Origin: a virus
Direction: 5' to 3' (one strand)
DNA length: 64,000 nucleotides
Virus record (IMG/VR): IMGVR_UViG_3300032285_001177
The stretch's first letter is position 1, and the number at the start of each line of letters is the position of its first letter. This document shows, one piece after another, positions 41,801-50,587 of this stretch. The translations under genes and the position numbers were made by a program. The notes beneath the pieces were generated by a model. That model saw only the letters and a list, made by a program, of their open reading frames with translations, was not told the DNA's origin and ran no database searches.

Positions 41801-42487
41801 GATCGGGGTGAATGCTAAGATCTTTGTATTAGCATCCCATGAAGTAACAGTAGCGTGGATATGTTTACCACCACCATCTGCTAAAAGGATTGTTTGACCG
41901 TATGAATAGTTTAGATAATCGTCAACAACTACTACACCTGTAGCACCTGTTGTTAAATTGAGTGTTGTCGTAGATGTTGTATGGTATCTATGACCATGAA
42001 CACCTGTAGCACCAGTTTCACCTGTTACACCAGAAGCACCATCAATACCTGCAGCTCCAGAAGCACCGTCGATACCAGCAACGCCTGTTGCTCCAGTTGC
42101 ACCATCTGTACCTTGATCTCCAGTAGTACCTATCTCACCAGTTGCACCTCGAGCACCAGTTGCACCAGTTATACCTTGATAACCATCTGCACCACTTGCA
42201 CCTTGATAACCTTGTGCGCCTGTAGCACCTTGGTAACCTTCTACGCCAGTAGTACCTTGATAACCATCAATACCGGTGGCACCTGAGGCTCCATCAATAC
42301 CAGCAACACCTGTTGCTCCAGTTGCACCATCTGTACCTACTACACCAGTTGCACCATAAGGTGATTCACCTGGGCCAGAGTTACCAACCCATTCACCAGC
42401 TGTGTTAATTACTTCGAATCCAGAAGCTCCAACGGCAAGGCCGTTCTTAACTAGAAACTTCTGGTTATTGGTTGGTTTGTCAGCCAC
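38825..42487 (-). CDS. Collagen-like fibre (1220 aa) with SPRY/concanavalin-like and CBM5/12-like domains
   Basis: GTG start; QKFLVKNGL; acidic G-X-Y tracts (GID, GAD, GYQ); [30 protein letters not shown]...YPAVS...PSGY; [13 protein letters not shown]. Confidence 0.8.
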   Translation of the reverse strand: MADKPTNNQKFLVKNGLAVGASGFEVINTAGEWVGNSGPGESPYGATGVVGTDGATGATGVAGIDGASGATGIDGYQGTTGVEGYQGATGAQGYQGASGADGYQGITGATGARGATGEIGTTGDQGTDGATGATGVAGIDGASGAAGIDGASGVTGETGATGVHGHRYHTTSTTTLNLTTGATGVVVVDDYLNYSYGQTILLADGGGKHIHATVTSWDANTKILAFTPIDHVGTGSASSWEINLDGAEGQVGASGVTGQDGATGATGAQGYQGATGIQGATGADGEQGYQGASGADGVQGATGAAGIDGASGAQGIDGASGADGVQGATGSQGSQGDEGDQGYQGIDGATGYTGATGAQGGDGSSSAVQFDTSYGHYGAHQTISSGSNGTNTILSGTVGYIESAIGTAEMATYANSGLSMFGVRLDADIPATTNRIGLGTSGIDVNNALGMYDNQSQGFQQDGAVYTNGAQTDALGISWGVGDLVEVAVNYNTGYFWARVNGGAWSKGGDPATNTNGSPFLLAQPHSYPAVSTLDGAVFELITTPQYDVPSGYTYLGNGAPTNTGIQGASGADGVQGPDGNAGYDADQLTTGNPRGLWDVGTTYYPGDIVVTMPADSHRCLVENTGLYPDSYPEYWAWTAWAGASGASGINGSTGPVGVDGASGAQGIDGASGASGIDGASGAAGIDGASGAQGETGYIGAAGIDGASGAAGIDGASGITGATGYSGLQFKATADGNFSVYAIGTPITIPFLADPDTGATTYNYSTGQSVIIAKDINNYMVADITNVIGGGSGIDVEVTASYGNATGVSGWIVNLDGAVGWIGASGATGIFGASGISGTRGYTGGNGAAYNSINVTVSSFGGYTGLDNAWLEYPTLMGSFLRVNGPISGIAPGMTVTYGGHTYTVYNYIENNNEYSMLNFTDYPVTLGAIPPGASIVIEGFGPAENDGYQGASGADGYQGASGAAGIDGASGVDGDQGATGYQGATGTQGASGSTGTVGLDGATGFLGVKGYGFITGTTGLSGTSQQTVDRFQSNDQGTVKYIVQGVEGTNVQATEVILTQNADGVYMTEYATLRTGATGHNVMSVTATTDGSVVSLKVTPTVSGTDITWQREGVKSRIGGTTIYDPSGTYLFSSRDHADVNSIPNGQAYIYPSDYWYDTIDFATLAANNTNITFDSAGIGPQNPANGYVVAWDGAVLTVVTINGNFTSRDDLNKITYGY

Positions 42488-42512
42488 GTTAATCTCCGAT
42501 TATTTTGTTTTA

Positions 42513-44795
42513 TTATGCTAGTAATGCTGAGCGTACATAGTCTATAACAGTGTTAGTATTTGCTGGTGTTACTTTAATGTAAACATAACCTGCATTATAC
42601 TCTGCACTTATTGTCATTAGACTCATACTTGAATACAATGTTGCGTATTCTGTAACAGAAGCATCTGTACCATTATGAGTAACGATAACTTCTGTTGAGT
42701 GTACTTCACCAGCTTCTGTAGCTTGGATGATATACTTAGCTGTTCTATATGTAGTAGCATTATAGCTATCAAGTGTTTGGTTTGGTGTTGTAGTTGGGAA
42801 TGATCCATCATTGATGAATAAACCAGCACCGCTTGCACCTACAGGACCAGTTGAACCGGTAGCACCAGTTAAACCAGTTGAACCTGAAGCACCTTGGTAA
42901 CCCGTAGCACCTGTAGCACCAGTGTAACCTGTTGCACCTGAAGCACCGCTTGCACCATCAATACCTGTAGCACCTGAGGCACCATCTAAACCAGTTGAAC
43001 CTGATGCACCTTGGAAGCCTGTCGCACCTGTTGCTCCTGTATAACCTGTAGCACCTGAGGCACCTTGGATACCTGATGCACCAGTGATACCGCTTGCACC
43101 TTGGATACCTTGAGCACCGTCTAAGTTAACTTCCCATGCTGAATGTTCACCAGAACCATTTGATGTTGTTTTATTAAATACTAATTGGTTACCAGTTAGA
43201 CTTACAACTGTACCAAGTTGCATGTTGCTTGCATCCCAAGCAACTACGATCGATTGACCTACTGTGTAGTCATAATTTGTTTTATCAAGTGTTAATGTGA
43301 TTTGACCTGTGCCACCGATAGTCATTACACCTGTTGCAGTAGCAGCATAAGTGTCACCATCAGAACCAGTTGCACCAGTTAAACCTGTTGCACCATCGAT
43401 ACCTGTAGCACCTGATGCGCCATCAATACCTGTCGCGCCACTAGCACCGTCTATACCTGTAGCACCTGATGCACCATCGATACCAGTTGCACCTGAGGCA
43501 CCATCGATACCCGTTGCACCACTTGCGCCGTCTATACCAGTCGCACCTGAGGCACCATCGATACCTGTGGCACCAGTCGCACCTGAGGCACCATCGATAC
43601 CCGATGCACCTTGTAAACCTGTTGCACCTATAATACCAGTTGCACCTGAAGCACCTTGTAAGCCTGTTGAACCACTAGCACCTTGTGAACCCGTAGCACC
43701 TGATGCACCTGTTGGACCAGTCGCACCATCATAACCTATAACACCCGAAGCACCATCAGCACCAGTTGCACCGGATGCTCCTCGAACACCTGTGGCACCT
43801 GAAGCACCTTGTAAACCGGTTGCACCTGATGCACCATCAATACCTGTGGCACCTGAAGCACCGTCAATACCAGTGGCACCTGACGCGCCTTGTAAACCTG
43901 TAGCGCCGCTTGCGCCGTCTAAACCTGTTGAACCAGAGGCACCTTGGAAACCAGTGGCGCCTGAAGCACCTTGGAAACCTGTTGCACCTGAGGCACCTTG
44001 ATAACCAGTAGCACCAGTATAACCTGTTGCTCCTTGTACACCAACTGCGCCAGATAAGTTAACATTGAAGTTGCTTGATACAACATCTTGTGCATTAGCA
44101 ACGTCTGTGATTACTAAATTTAATTCGCCTGTACTAGCATTATATGCATATACAGTACCATGAATATGATTACCTGGATTATTAAGATCGGCTACGATTA
44201 CGGTTTGTTGCGGACTATAATCTAAGTTTATATCAACGTATAGTAGATCTAGAGTATCTGTTACAGAGTAGTCAGATAAGTTTAATGAACCAGAATATGT
44301 GGTGTTGTATTTGTCACCGTCAAGACCTGCAGTACCTGTAGCACCAGTGTAACCTGTTGCACCATCGATACCAGTTGCACCTGAGGCACCATCAATACCC
44401 GTTGCACCTGAAGCACCATCTACACCTGTCGCACCAGAAGCACCGGTATGACCTGTAGCACCTGAAGCACCTTGATAACCAGTGGCACCTGAAGCGCCAT
44501 CTAAACCTGTTGAACCAGAGGCACCTTGGAAACCTGTCGCACCGCTTGCACCCTGTGGGCCTGTAGCGCCTGAGGCACCATCAACGCCGCTTGCTCCGCT
44601 AATACCTGAAGCACCATCAATACCTGTAGCACCAGAAGCACCATCGACACCCGTTGCACCTGAAGCACCTGTCGCTCCAGCTGGAAGTTGGGCCCCTACC
44701 CAATTACCATTCTCGTCAATGACATCTATCGGTCCTGACGCTCCGCCAACGGCTAGGCCGTTCTTTACTATAAATTTTGAATTATTCGTTGCCAC
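42513..44795 (-). CDS. Collagen-like fibre (760 aa)
   Basis: GTG start; SKFIVKNGL; GASGATGID repeats; C-terminal YRTAKYIIQ...[11 protein letters not shown]...EYA domain shared with neighbours. Confidence 0.8.
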   Translation of the reverse strand: MATNNSKFIVKNGLAVGGASGPIDVIDENGNWVGAQLPAGATGASGATGVDGASGATGIDGASGISGASGVDGASGATGPQGASGATGFQGASGSTGLDGASGATGYQGASGATGHTGASGATGVDGASGATGIDGASGATGIDGATGYTGATGTAGLDGDKYNTTYSGSLNLSDYSVTDTLDLLYVDINLDYSPQQTVIVADLNNPGNHIHGTVYAYNASTGELNLVITDVANAQDVVSSNFNVNLSGAVGVQGATGYTGATGYQGASGATGFQGASGATGFQGASGSTGLDGASGATGLQGASGATGIDGASGATGIDGASGATGLQGASGATGVRGASGATGADGASGVIGYDGATGPTGASGATGSQGASGSTGLQGASGATGIIGATGLQGASGIDGASGATGATGIDGASGATGIDGASGATGIDGASGATGIDGASGATGIDGASGATGIDGASGATGIDGATGLTGATGSDGDTYAATATGVMTIGGTGQITLTLDKTNYDYTVGQSIVVAWDASNMQLGTVVSLTGNQLVFNKTTSNGSGEHSAWEVNLDGAQGIQGASGITGASGIQGASGATGYTGATGATGFQGASGSTGLDGASGATGIDGASGASGATGYTGATGATGYQGASGSTGLTGATGSTGPVGASGAGLFINDGSFPTTTPNQTLDSYNATTYRTAKYIIQATEAGEVHSTEVIVTHNGTDASVTEYATLYSSMSLMTISAEYNAGYVYIKVTPANTNTVIDYVRSALLA
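43385..43605. repeat. 27-bp-period coding repeat (GASGATGID)n with synonymous divergence
   Basis: Consecutive identical nonapeptides encoded by differing third positions. Confidence 0.8.
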
Positions 44796-44832
44796 AGTGT
44801 GCTCTCCTTGATGGGTATTCTTGCTCTTTAGT

Positions 44833-44840
44833 TATTTATA
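44833..44840 (-). promoter_or_regulatory. Late promoter upstream of the 760-aa collagen-like gene
   Basis: Exact intergenic TATAAATA. Confidence 0.8.
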
Positions 44841-44845
44841 ATTTA

Positions 44846-46282
44846 TTATACTGACAAATCAGTCCTAATATACTTTAATGTTGTTATTCCGCCTGATGGT
44901 GTAAACCTTAGTTCACATGTTCCTGTACCGTCCCAGGCTATGTTACTTAGTAATAATATAGGTGATCTTGTTGGTGTCACTGTAGCTTGCCAAATTCCTG
45001 TAGATACCTCAGTAAACTTAGAGGTAGTTTGTACTGTATATGCACTTGAGTTTAACCTAACTTCAAGGCCTATAATGATCGATTGTAACGCTTGTATTAC
45101 AGTGTTACTTGTTGTGTATACTCGAAGGTTTGACCCATTCCAATATGATACTCCACCAGTATTTATACTTGGTGATGAATAGTTATTTACTAATGGTGAG
45201 AAGTATGTTGCGAACGTGCCAAAATCTGGACCTAATACACCATACTCGTTTAAGAATACGTTTGCTGCGTCATGTAGTAACCTAAGTTCACTTACTTGTA
45301 CATCAGAACCACGAGTAACTTGCATCTCAAACTTACTACTTCTTACTGTTGCAGTATCGATGACTTCAAGTAGCTGTTCGTCTGTTGTTCCGTCTGTTGT
45401 GAATACTGTTTCTTGTATTACACCTGCACCTGATGCACCAACAGGACCTAAGTTACCTGTAGCACCAGTTAAACCTGTTGAACCTGATGCACCTCTAATA
45501 CCAGTTGCACCATCTCGTCCTACATAACCTGAAGCACCGCCAACACCGCTTGCACCCGCTGGACCTGTTGGACCAACTTCACCGGTTGCACCTGTAAATC
45601 CAATACCGCTTGCACCTTGTGTTCCTGTAGCTCCACTAGCACCTTGAATACCTGTTGCACCTGTTAGTCCTGCACCAGTTGCACCAGTTAAACCAGTAGC
45701 ACCAGTAGCACCATCACTACCAACATATCCTGAAGCACCACCTACTCCAGATGCACCTTGTATACCTTGAGATCCTGTTGCACCATCTCGTCCTATGTAT
45801 CCGCTTGCACCAGCAACACCAGATGCACCAACACCTGTAGCACCCTGTGGACCAGTGATAGAGAACCAACTAGCAGGATCAGTATTTGGAGCACCAACAG
45901 TATTGCCTGAGGATGGAGAAGACCATACGTATACAACTGAGTTATATGTAACATAATCACCAGCATTATATGTAGCACCTGATGACCATGGTCCTTGATT
46001 ACTAAATCCTGAACCAGTCGCACCAGACGCGCCTTGCACACCTGTTGCGCCGTGACTACCTGTACCTACACCTGAAGCACCTTGAATACCTTGTGGGCCG
46101 GTTGAACCTGTTGCACCCGCAGTACCTACACCAGTAGCACCACTTGCACCTATCGGTCCAGTTGCACCATCATTACCAACTGGACCGGTTGATCCAGTGG
46201 CTCCATTACCGGTACCACCACCTCCTGATAGGCCTTGTATACCTACCGCGGTGACTTCTGCGTAAACATCTCCTAGTGCCAT
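44846..46282 (-). CDS. Collagen-like fibre (478 aa) with a CBM5/12-like motif
   Basis: G-X-Y tracts; [22 protein letters not shown]; C-terminal [10 protein letters not shown]...SELRLLHD...EYG domain. Confidence 0.75.
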   Translation of the reverse strand: MALGDVYAEVTAVGIQGLSGGGGTGNGATGSTGPVGNDGATGPIGASGATGVGTAGATGSTGPQGIQGASGVGTGSHGATGVQGASGATGSGFSNQGPWSSGATYNAGDYVTYNSVVYVWSSPSSGNTVGAPNTDPASWFSITGPQGATGVGASGVAGASGYIGRDGATGSQGIQGASGVGGASGYVGSDGATGATGLTGATGAGLTGATGIQGASGATGTQGASGIGFTGATGEVGPTGPAGASGVGGASGYVGRDGATGIRGASGSTGLTGATGNLGPVGASGAGVIQETVFTTDGTTDEQLLEVIDTATVRSSKFEMQVTRGSDVQVSELRLLHDAANVFLNEYGVLGPDFGTFATYFSPLVNNYSSPSINTGGVSYWNGSNLRVYTTSNTVIQALQSIIIGLEVRLNSSAYTVQTTSKFTEVSTGIWQATVTPTRSPILLLSNIAWDGTGTCELRFTPSGGITTLKYIRTDLSV

Positions 46283-46291
46283 ATTCTCTCT

Positions 46292-46639
46292 CTAAGCTGG
46301 ATCTGGTTTTGTTATTTGTGGAGTGAATATAATAATTCCCTCAGAAACTCTTAGCTTCTCACCAGTAGAAGTTTGAGTTATCTCAACATCATACATATAT
46401 CTGCCAGGTTTAATCGCATTCGTGTCAGCATTAGATAGTGATAATCTAATTTGACCACCAACCTCTGAATAAACTTGTGCATGGAAATCAATGTGTGTTC
46501 TTGATGCATACGACTTACGGATATACGATTCAACAGTAAATCCGGTTAATCGTAATGGAAGCCCATCAGAACCTTTAACAGTAATGACTGCACCAAAGTT
46601 AGAGCCTGTATCGATATAAAAATTAGTTATAGCTGCCAT
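46292..46639 (-). CDS. Small Ig-like virion structural protein of T4-like phages
   Basis: NFYIDTGSNF...LTGFTVESYIRKSY...IKPGRYMYDVEI...RVSEGIIIFTPQIT. Confidence 0.7.
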   Translation of the reverse strand: MAAITNFYIDTGSNFGAVITVKGSDGLPLRLTGFTVESYIRKSYASRTHIDFHAQVYSEVGGQIRLSLSNADTNAIKPGRYMYDVEITQTSTGEKLRVSEGIIIFTPQITKPDPA

Positions 46640-46640
46640 G

Positions 46641-47711
46641 TTATTTGAACTCTACCCATTTTTGTACAGTAATAGTATATTCTTGATGACCAACATCGCC
46701 TGGTTCATAGTGGTGGAACTCAATACGATATGTTTTACCAGGAGGTACAAAGAAGTTAAGGTTGGATACGTGTTTTTGCCCCCACCATGGATCTTCTAAA
46801 CGCTCTTGCCAAATGATGTTACCATCAACTATACCATATACAGCATTCTCTTCACCTTCTCCGATTTCGCCAGAATAAGTTTCTGAATGGATAGTAGCAT
46901 TAATCCATATAGTATTGCCAGTTGAATTTGTATATGTTGTTTCGGTATCTCTTGATCCAGTTACATCGTAGTATGTTTGACCTGTACCAAAACCAGAAGC
47001 GATCGTAGCTGTACCTCCAAGAGATACTGTACTACCATTGATTGTAATAGATGAGTTAACGAGTGATGAGTTTGGTATAGCTGTTACTTTTGTACCAGCT
47101 AATGAAGTAATCCATGCTGGATTACCATATGATCCGTTTGTATAAACACCGTTAGTAACAGTACCAGCATTACCTGATACATTGCCAGTTACATTTCCTG
47201 TAACATTACCAGTTACGTTACCTGTCAAGTTACCTGATACATTACCAGTTACATTACCTGTCAAGTTTCCAGTTACATTACCATCCACTGCACCATGATG
47301 TACACCATATGTTTGACCAGTTACATCGCCAGTTACTGGACCAGTATGTGTTCCAGCAGAATTTCCAGTTAAGTTACCAGTTACATTACCTGTTACTCTA
47401 CCTGTTAATGGACCAACTAATGATACACCAGTAATAGTTTGTGCAGCAAAAGATCCATTAGAATCTCGTGCTACGATTGAGTATGGTTGGTTTGTCCAGT
47501 ATGGATATAAACCACCAACTGTGTCTGAATTTAAACCAGATGTATCTGCTGGTTTTGTAACAGTCTTAAGCTTAGTTAAGATGTCGGCAGCAGTATATGT
47601 AGATGAAGGTAGTCTTGTACCTATATCTATATTTAAGTTACTAAAGTTAGTATCTACCTCTTCAATAGTGAGAGGTGATCCTTTATCTACTCTTAATTTT
47701 ATGCTTGCCAT
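46641..47711 (-). CDS. Short tail-fibre-like protein with GN[VL]T repeats
   Basis: N-terminal KGSPLTIEEVDTNFSNLN; (TGNV/TGNL)n shaft; C-terminal GTGQTYYDVTGSR...YTNSTG fibre-tip-like motif. Confidence 0.75.
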   Translation of the reverse strand: MASIKLRVDKGSPLTIEEVDTNFSNLNIDIGTRLPSSTYTAADILTKLKTVTKPADTSGLNSDTVGGLYPYWTNQPYSIVARDSNGSFAAQTITGVSLVGPLTGRVTGNVTGNLTGNSAGTHTGPVTGDVTGQTYGVHHGAVDGNVTGNLTGNVTGNVSGNLTGNVTGNVTGNVTGNVSGNAGTVTNGVYTNGSYGNPAWITSLAGTKVTAIPNSSLVNSSITINGSTVSLGGTATIASGFGTGQTYYDVTGSRDTETTYTNSTGNTIWINATIHSETYSGEIGEGEENAVYGIVDGNIIWQERLEDPWWGQKHVSNLNFFVPPGKTYRIEFHHYEPGDVGHQEYTITVQKWVEFK

Positions 47712-47719
47712 ATTTTACC

Positions 47720-48286
47720 CTATTTTTTAAATACGTGTTCTATTACTTGATCTGCATCATCCGAATAACAAACTATTGCACATACTCCATCTTTTGGTAT
47801 GACTAAGTTTGCTATATTATCTTTCCATACTGTTGCATGCTGCATACTAACCATTCTACTTCCATTTGCATGCGCATACTTTTGTACACAAATTATTGTA
47901 ATTCTTTTATCTAATGGTCCTACTTGATGAGTACCTTCTCTAAGTATCTTAACATCAAGTAATCTAGTCTCAGCTATTGGATTAAAAAACATAGCTGTAC
48001 TACCTTCACCTTCAGTTATAACAGTTTCATATTTACTTAGTTTCAGATGATCTAATAACCGATTTTCATCTTGACTACCATCATGTTTGTAGTCCCTACT
48101 ATTAAACGTCGATGTTATCTCACCGTCTTCAGTATCTCTAAACTCTATCTCTAGTTGGCCATCAATTAAATAAGTATATTGATGCCATAATCCATTACCT
48201 TTATTATGGAACTTTTTTCTTTCCCATGGTCCCCAATGGGTCGTACAATATATAAAACTTCCACAATTCACATCTTGATTAATCAT
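47720..48286 (-). CDS. Hypothetical protein, possibly cupin-like beta fold
   Basis: 188-aa ORF in operon; HQYTYLIDGQLEI segment; no confident family. Confidence 0.55.
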   Translation of the reverse strand: MINQDVNCGSFIYCTTHWGPWERKKFHNKGNGLWHQYTYLIDGQLEIEFRDTEDGEITSTFNSRDYKHDGSQDENRLLDHLKLSKYETVITEGEGSTAMFFNPIAETRLLDVKILREGTHQVGPLDKRITIICVQKYAHANGSRMVSMQHATVWKDNIANLVIPKDGVCAIVCYSDDADQVIEHVFKK

Positions 48287-48673
48287 TTAAGTTCCAGTGG
48301 GGCCGTCAGCTCCAGTCAATGCATTTAGTTGTGCTATCGCAACTTCAGGGTTTGCAATAGCTTCGTTTGTAATTAAGCTTGCATTATGATCACTCAATGT
48401 TGCATACGCATGTTCTGATTCATGCCCTATCCACATTGATAGATCCATCTCAACATCAGCGATCTTTTCTAAGTTATCTCTATGTAATGCTTGATCTAAT
48501 AAAGCTGGCTGAATACCAGCAACAAAATCTTCTATAGTTGCATAACCTAATGTTTTTGGTTGATATGATACAGCGTCATATTCATCTATAGGTTTAGCGC
48601 TGTTCTCAGTGGCAAATTTAATTAAGATCGATTCACCTTCAACACCTACAACTTTTATTTTTAACAAAGCCAT
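48287..48673 (-). CDS. Hypothetical acidic protein downstream of the gp38-like adhesin
   Basis: 128-aa ORF with AAGGA RBS. Confidence 0.6.
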   Translation of the reverse strand: MALLKIKVVGVEGESILIKFATENSAKPIDEYDAVSYQPKTLGYATIEDFVAGIQPALLDQALHRDNLEKIADVEMDLSMWIGHESEHAYATLSDHNASLITNEAIANPEVAIAQLNALTGADGPTGT

Positions 48674-48690
48674 TTTATATTTCCTTTAAA

Positions 48691-49518
48691 TTATGCTACA
48701 TTTCCTAATCTAGTACCAGTTGCAACCCATGTTACGTTAACATTACCATTCAAGTACAGTCCTGATGTACCACCGGCTCCAGGACTTGTACCAGCTCCAG
48801 CTGCACCACCGCCACCTTGCCCACCACCAGAACCGCCAGTTGGAGAGTTAGTAGCTGTACCGCCACCTCCGCCCGCTATTGTAGTACCATTGGCACCAGC
48901 TCCACCATTATATGATGCTCCAGTTCCACCTGCACCGCCTGCACCACCAACATTACCAGCACCACCGCCACCACCAGAACCAGCTTCTGTATATACTGTG
49001 TAGTTACCTTTAGAGCCGGTAGAGAATGATCCATAACCACCACCGCCACCACCACCGCCACCCGCGATGATCGATCCAGTATTATTAATAGTTATTGGGA
49101 ATCCTGCAGTTACAGCTGTACCACCAACACCACCGGTACCGCCTGCTCCGCCATAAGCCGCACCAACACCACCGGTACCACCCGCTCCTTGTATTGTTCC
49201 ACTATTATTTAGTAATATCTGTGATCCAGTTACAAATGACCCAACTGTTAAAGATGGTAATGTTGGATCAGTTGAATTAATAGTTATACCTGAAGCGATG
49301 TTCACCTTTAATCTCAATGGAGAAGTTGGTGAACCTGCTAAAGTATATAAGTTAATATTACTTGCATTAGCTGTGATGTTTATTACCTTATGAACTATCT
49401 TCCATGTACCATTATCGTTAAGCCATGTTTCTGATGGTTCAAACCATGAAGAACCATTATAGACCCATAGATCTTGTACTAAACTCCACGTACCTGCATT
49501 ATTAACGTATAATGACAT
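48691..49518 (-). CDS. Glycine-rich adhesin, T-even gp38-like
   Basis: Trp-rich N-terminus (YVNNAGTW...WVYNGSSW...NGTW), NNSGTIQGAGGTGG, NNTGSIIAGGGGGGGGG, ends GTRLG. Confidence 0.65.
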   Translation of the reverse strand: MSLYVNNAGTWSLVQDLWVYNGSSWFEPSETWLNDNGTWKIVHKVINITANASNINLYTLAGSPTSPLRLKVNIASGITINSTDPTLPSLTVGSFVTGSQILLNNSGTIQGAGGTGGVGAAYGGAGGTGGVGGTAVTAGFPITINNTGSIIAGGGGGGGGGYGSFSTGSKGNYTVYTEAGSGGGGGAGNVGGAGGAGGTGASYNGGAGANGTTIAGGGGGTATNSPTGGSGGGQGGGGAAGAGTSPGAGGTSGLYLNGNVNVTWVATGTRLGNVA

Positions 49519-49520
49519 TA

Positions 49521-50399
49521 TTAAATCCTATACCAAATATCGCCAGATACGCCAGTTGCTCCAGGAGCATTAGTGGAAATATACTTTGTTCCTTGTGAAT
49601 TTTGTCCAACACCAGCTACTGGTGCCGTTTGAACGTATTCTTGTGTTGCTATAGTTCCATTTGCATTTGGTGCAGTAAGAGTCTTAGTTGTACCTGATCC
49701 AATGTTAGATACTTGGAAGTTTAGAACTTTTGTTGTATCAACATCATCGGTGATAGCAAACTTATTATCTCTAAATGTTTGTTGACCTGTCCATAAATTA
49801 TTTCCAGTTTGTGTACCTAAACCTAAACTTAATGAACCACCCAATGATACAGAGTTACCGTCGATGCTGATAGAACTATTTGCTAACTTAGTGTTAGCGA
49901 TTGAACCTGAAAGCATTGCGTTTGTAACTGTACCAGTATCGCCAGTAGTTACAACTGTACCTGACACATCAGGCAACGCAATAGTTCTGTCTGCAGTAGG
50001 ATCATTAACTGTTAATACAGTCTCATACGTATTATCTGTTGGACCTTCAAACGTAACGTTTTGTGATGGACCTACATAAACTCCTGCATTAACTAAGTTA
50101 GCTGTGATAACATTAGCAGAGAAGTTGCCAGATGAACGGGTAACTACACTGTTACCAGATTGATCTGAGCTAGATGTGTTTAATCCATCTAATAAGTCAG
50201 CATCTAATCCTGAACCAGAACCATCTACATTCTTAACTTTTGCTAGTACACCTGCATCAGAATAGTCTGTTGTTAATACACGTGTTTGTATATCAGCGTT
50301 TAAGTTATAGAAGTTAGTGTCAATCTCTGCATTTGTAAGTGCAGCGTTTTTAACTCCTGTTGCGCCAGTGGCACCTAATCTATATAGTATACTTGCCAT
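49521..50399 (-). CDS. Tail-fibre-like protein
   Basis: LTNAEIDTNFYNLN, VDGSGSGLDADLLDG, FEGPTDNTYET...PTADRTIALPD, ends SGDIWY. Confidence 0.72.
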   Translation of the reverse strand: MASILYRLGATGATGVKNAALTNAEIDTNFYNLNADIQTRVLTTDYSDAGVLAKVKNVDGSGSGLDADLLDGLNTSSSDQSGNSVVTRSSGNFSANVITANLVNAGVYVGPSQNVTFEGPTDNTYETVLTVNDPTADRTIALPDVSGTVVTTGDTGTVTNAMLSGSIANTKLANSSISIDGNSVSLGGSLSLGLGTQTGNNLWTGQQTFRDNKFAITDDVDTTKVLNFQVSNIGSGTTKTLTAPNANGTIATQEYVQTAPVAGVGQNSQGTKYISTNAPGATGVSGDIWYRI

Positions 50400-50586
50400 T
50401 TGTTATCCCGTCGATAATCGTTTCTAATCTATTTATTTTCTCTATTAATACATCTATTTTGTTTTCTTTCTCACGCAATGCTGCTTGCATAGCACGATGC
50501 TTTTCCAACTTTGATATGTCTGTTTCCAAGATGGCACCAGTATTAGTATCTCTTACAAGTGTATCTTTTTCTACAGGTATCTTCAT
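50380..50586 (-). CDS. Small coiled-coil hypothetical protein
   Basis: Start reassigned to ATG 50586 (MKIPVEKDTLVRDTNTGAIL), 1 nt after the stop of the VrlC-like gene. Confidence 0.65.
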   Translation of the reverse strand: MKIPVEKDTLVRDTNTGAILETDISKLEKHRAMQAALREKENKIDVLIEKINRLETIIDGITNGKYTI

Positions 50587-50587
50587 A

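Noticed and set aside
34354-46041. Minus-strand alternative-frame ORFs rich in VQQV/KVHQ (e.g. 36901..37455, 35530..35934)
   Set aside because: Frame-shifted readings of the collagen repeats; I saw no slippery site or independent start signals.
16246-46282. Repeated gcaccagttgcacc-like DNA as a CRISPR array or DNA-level mobile repeat
   Set aside because: Copies vary at third codon positions, stay in frame and have no constant repeat-spacer period; no cas genes. Conservation is at peptide level.
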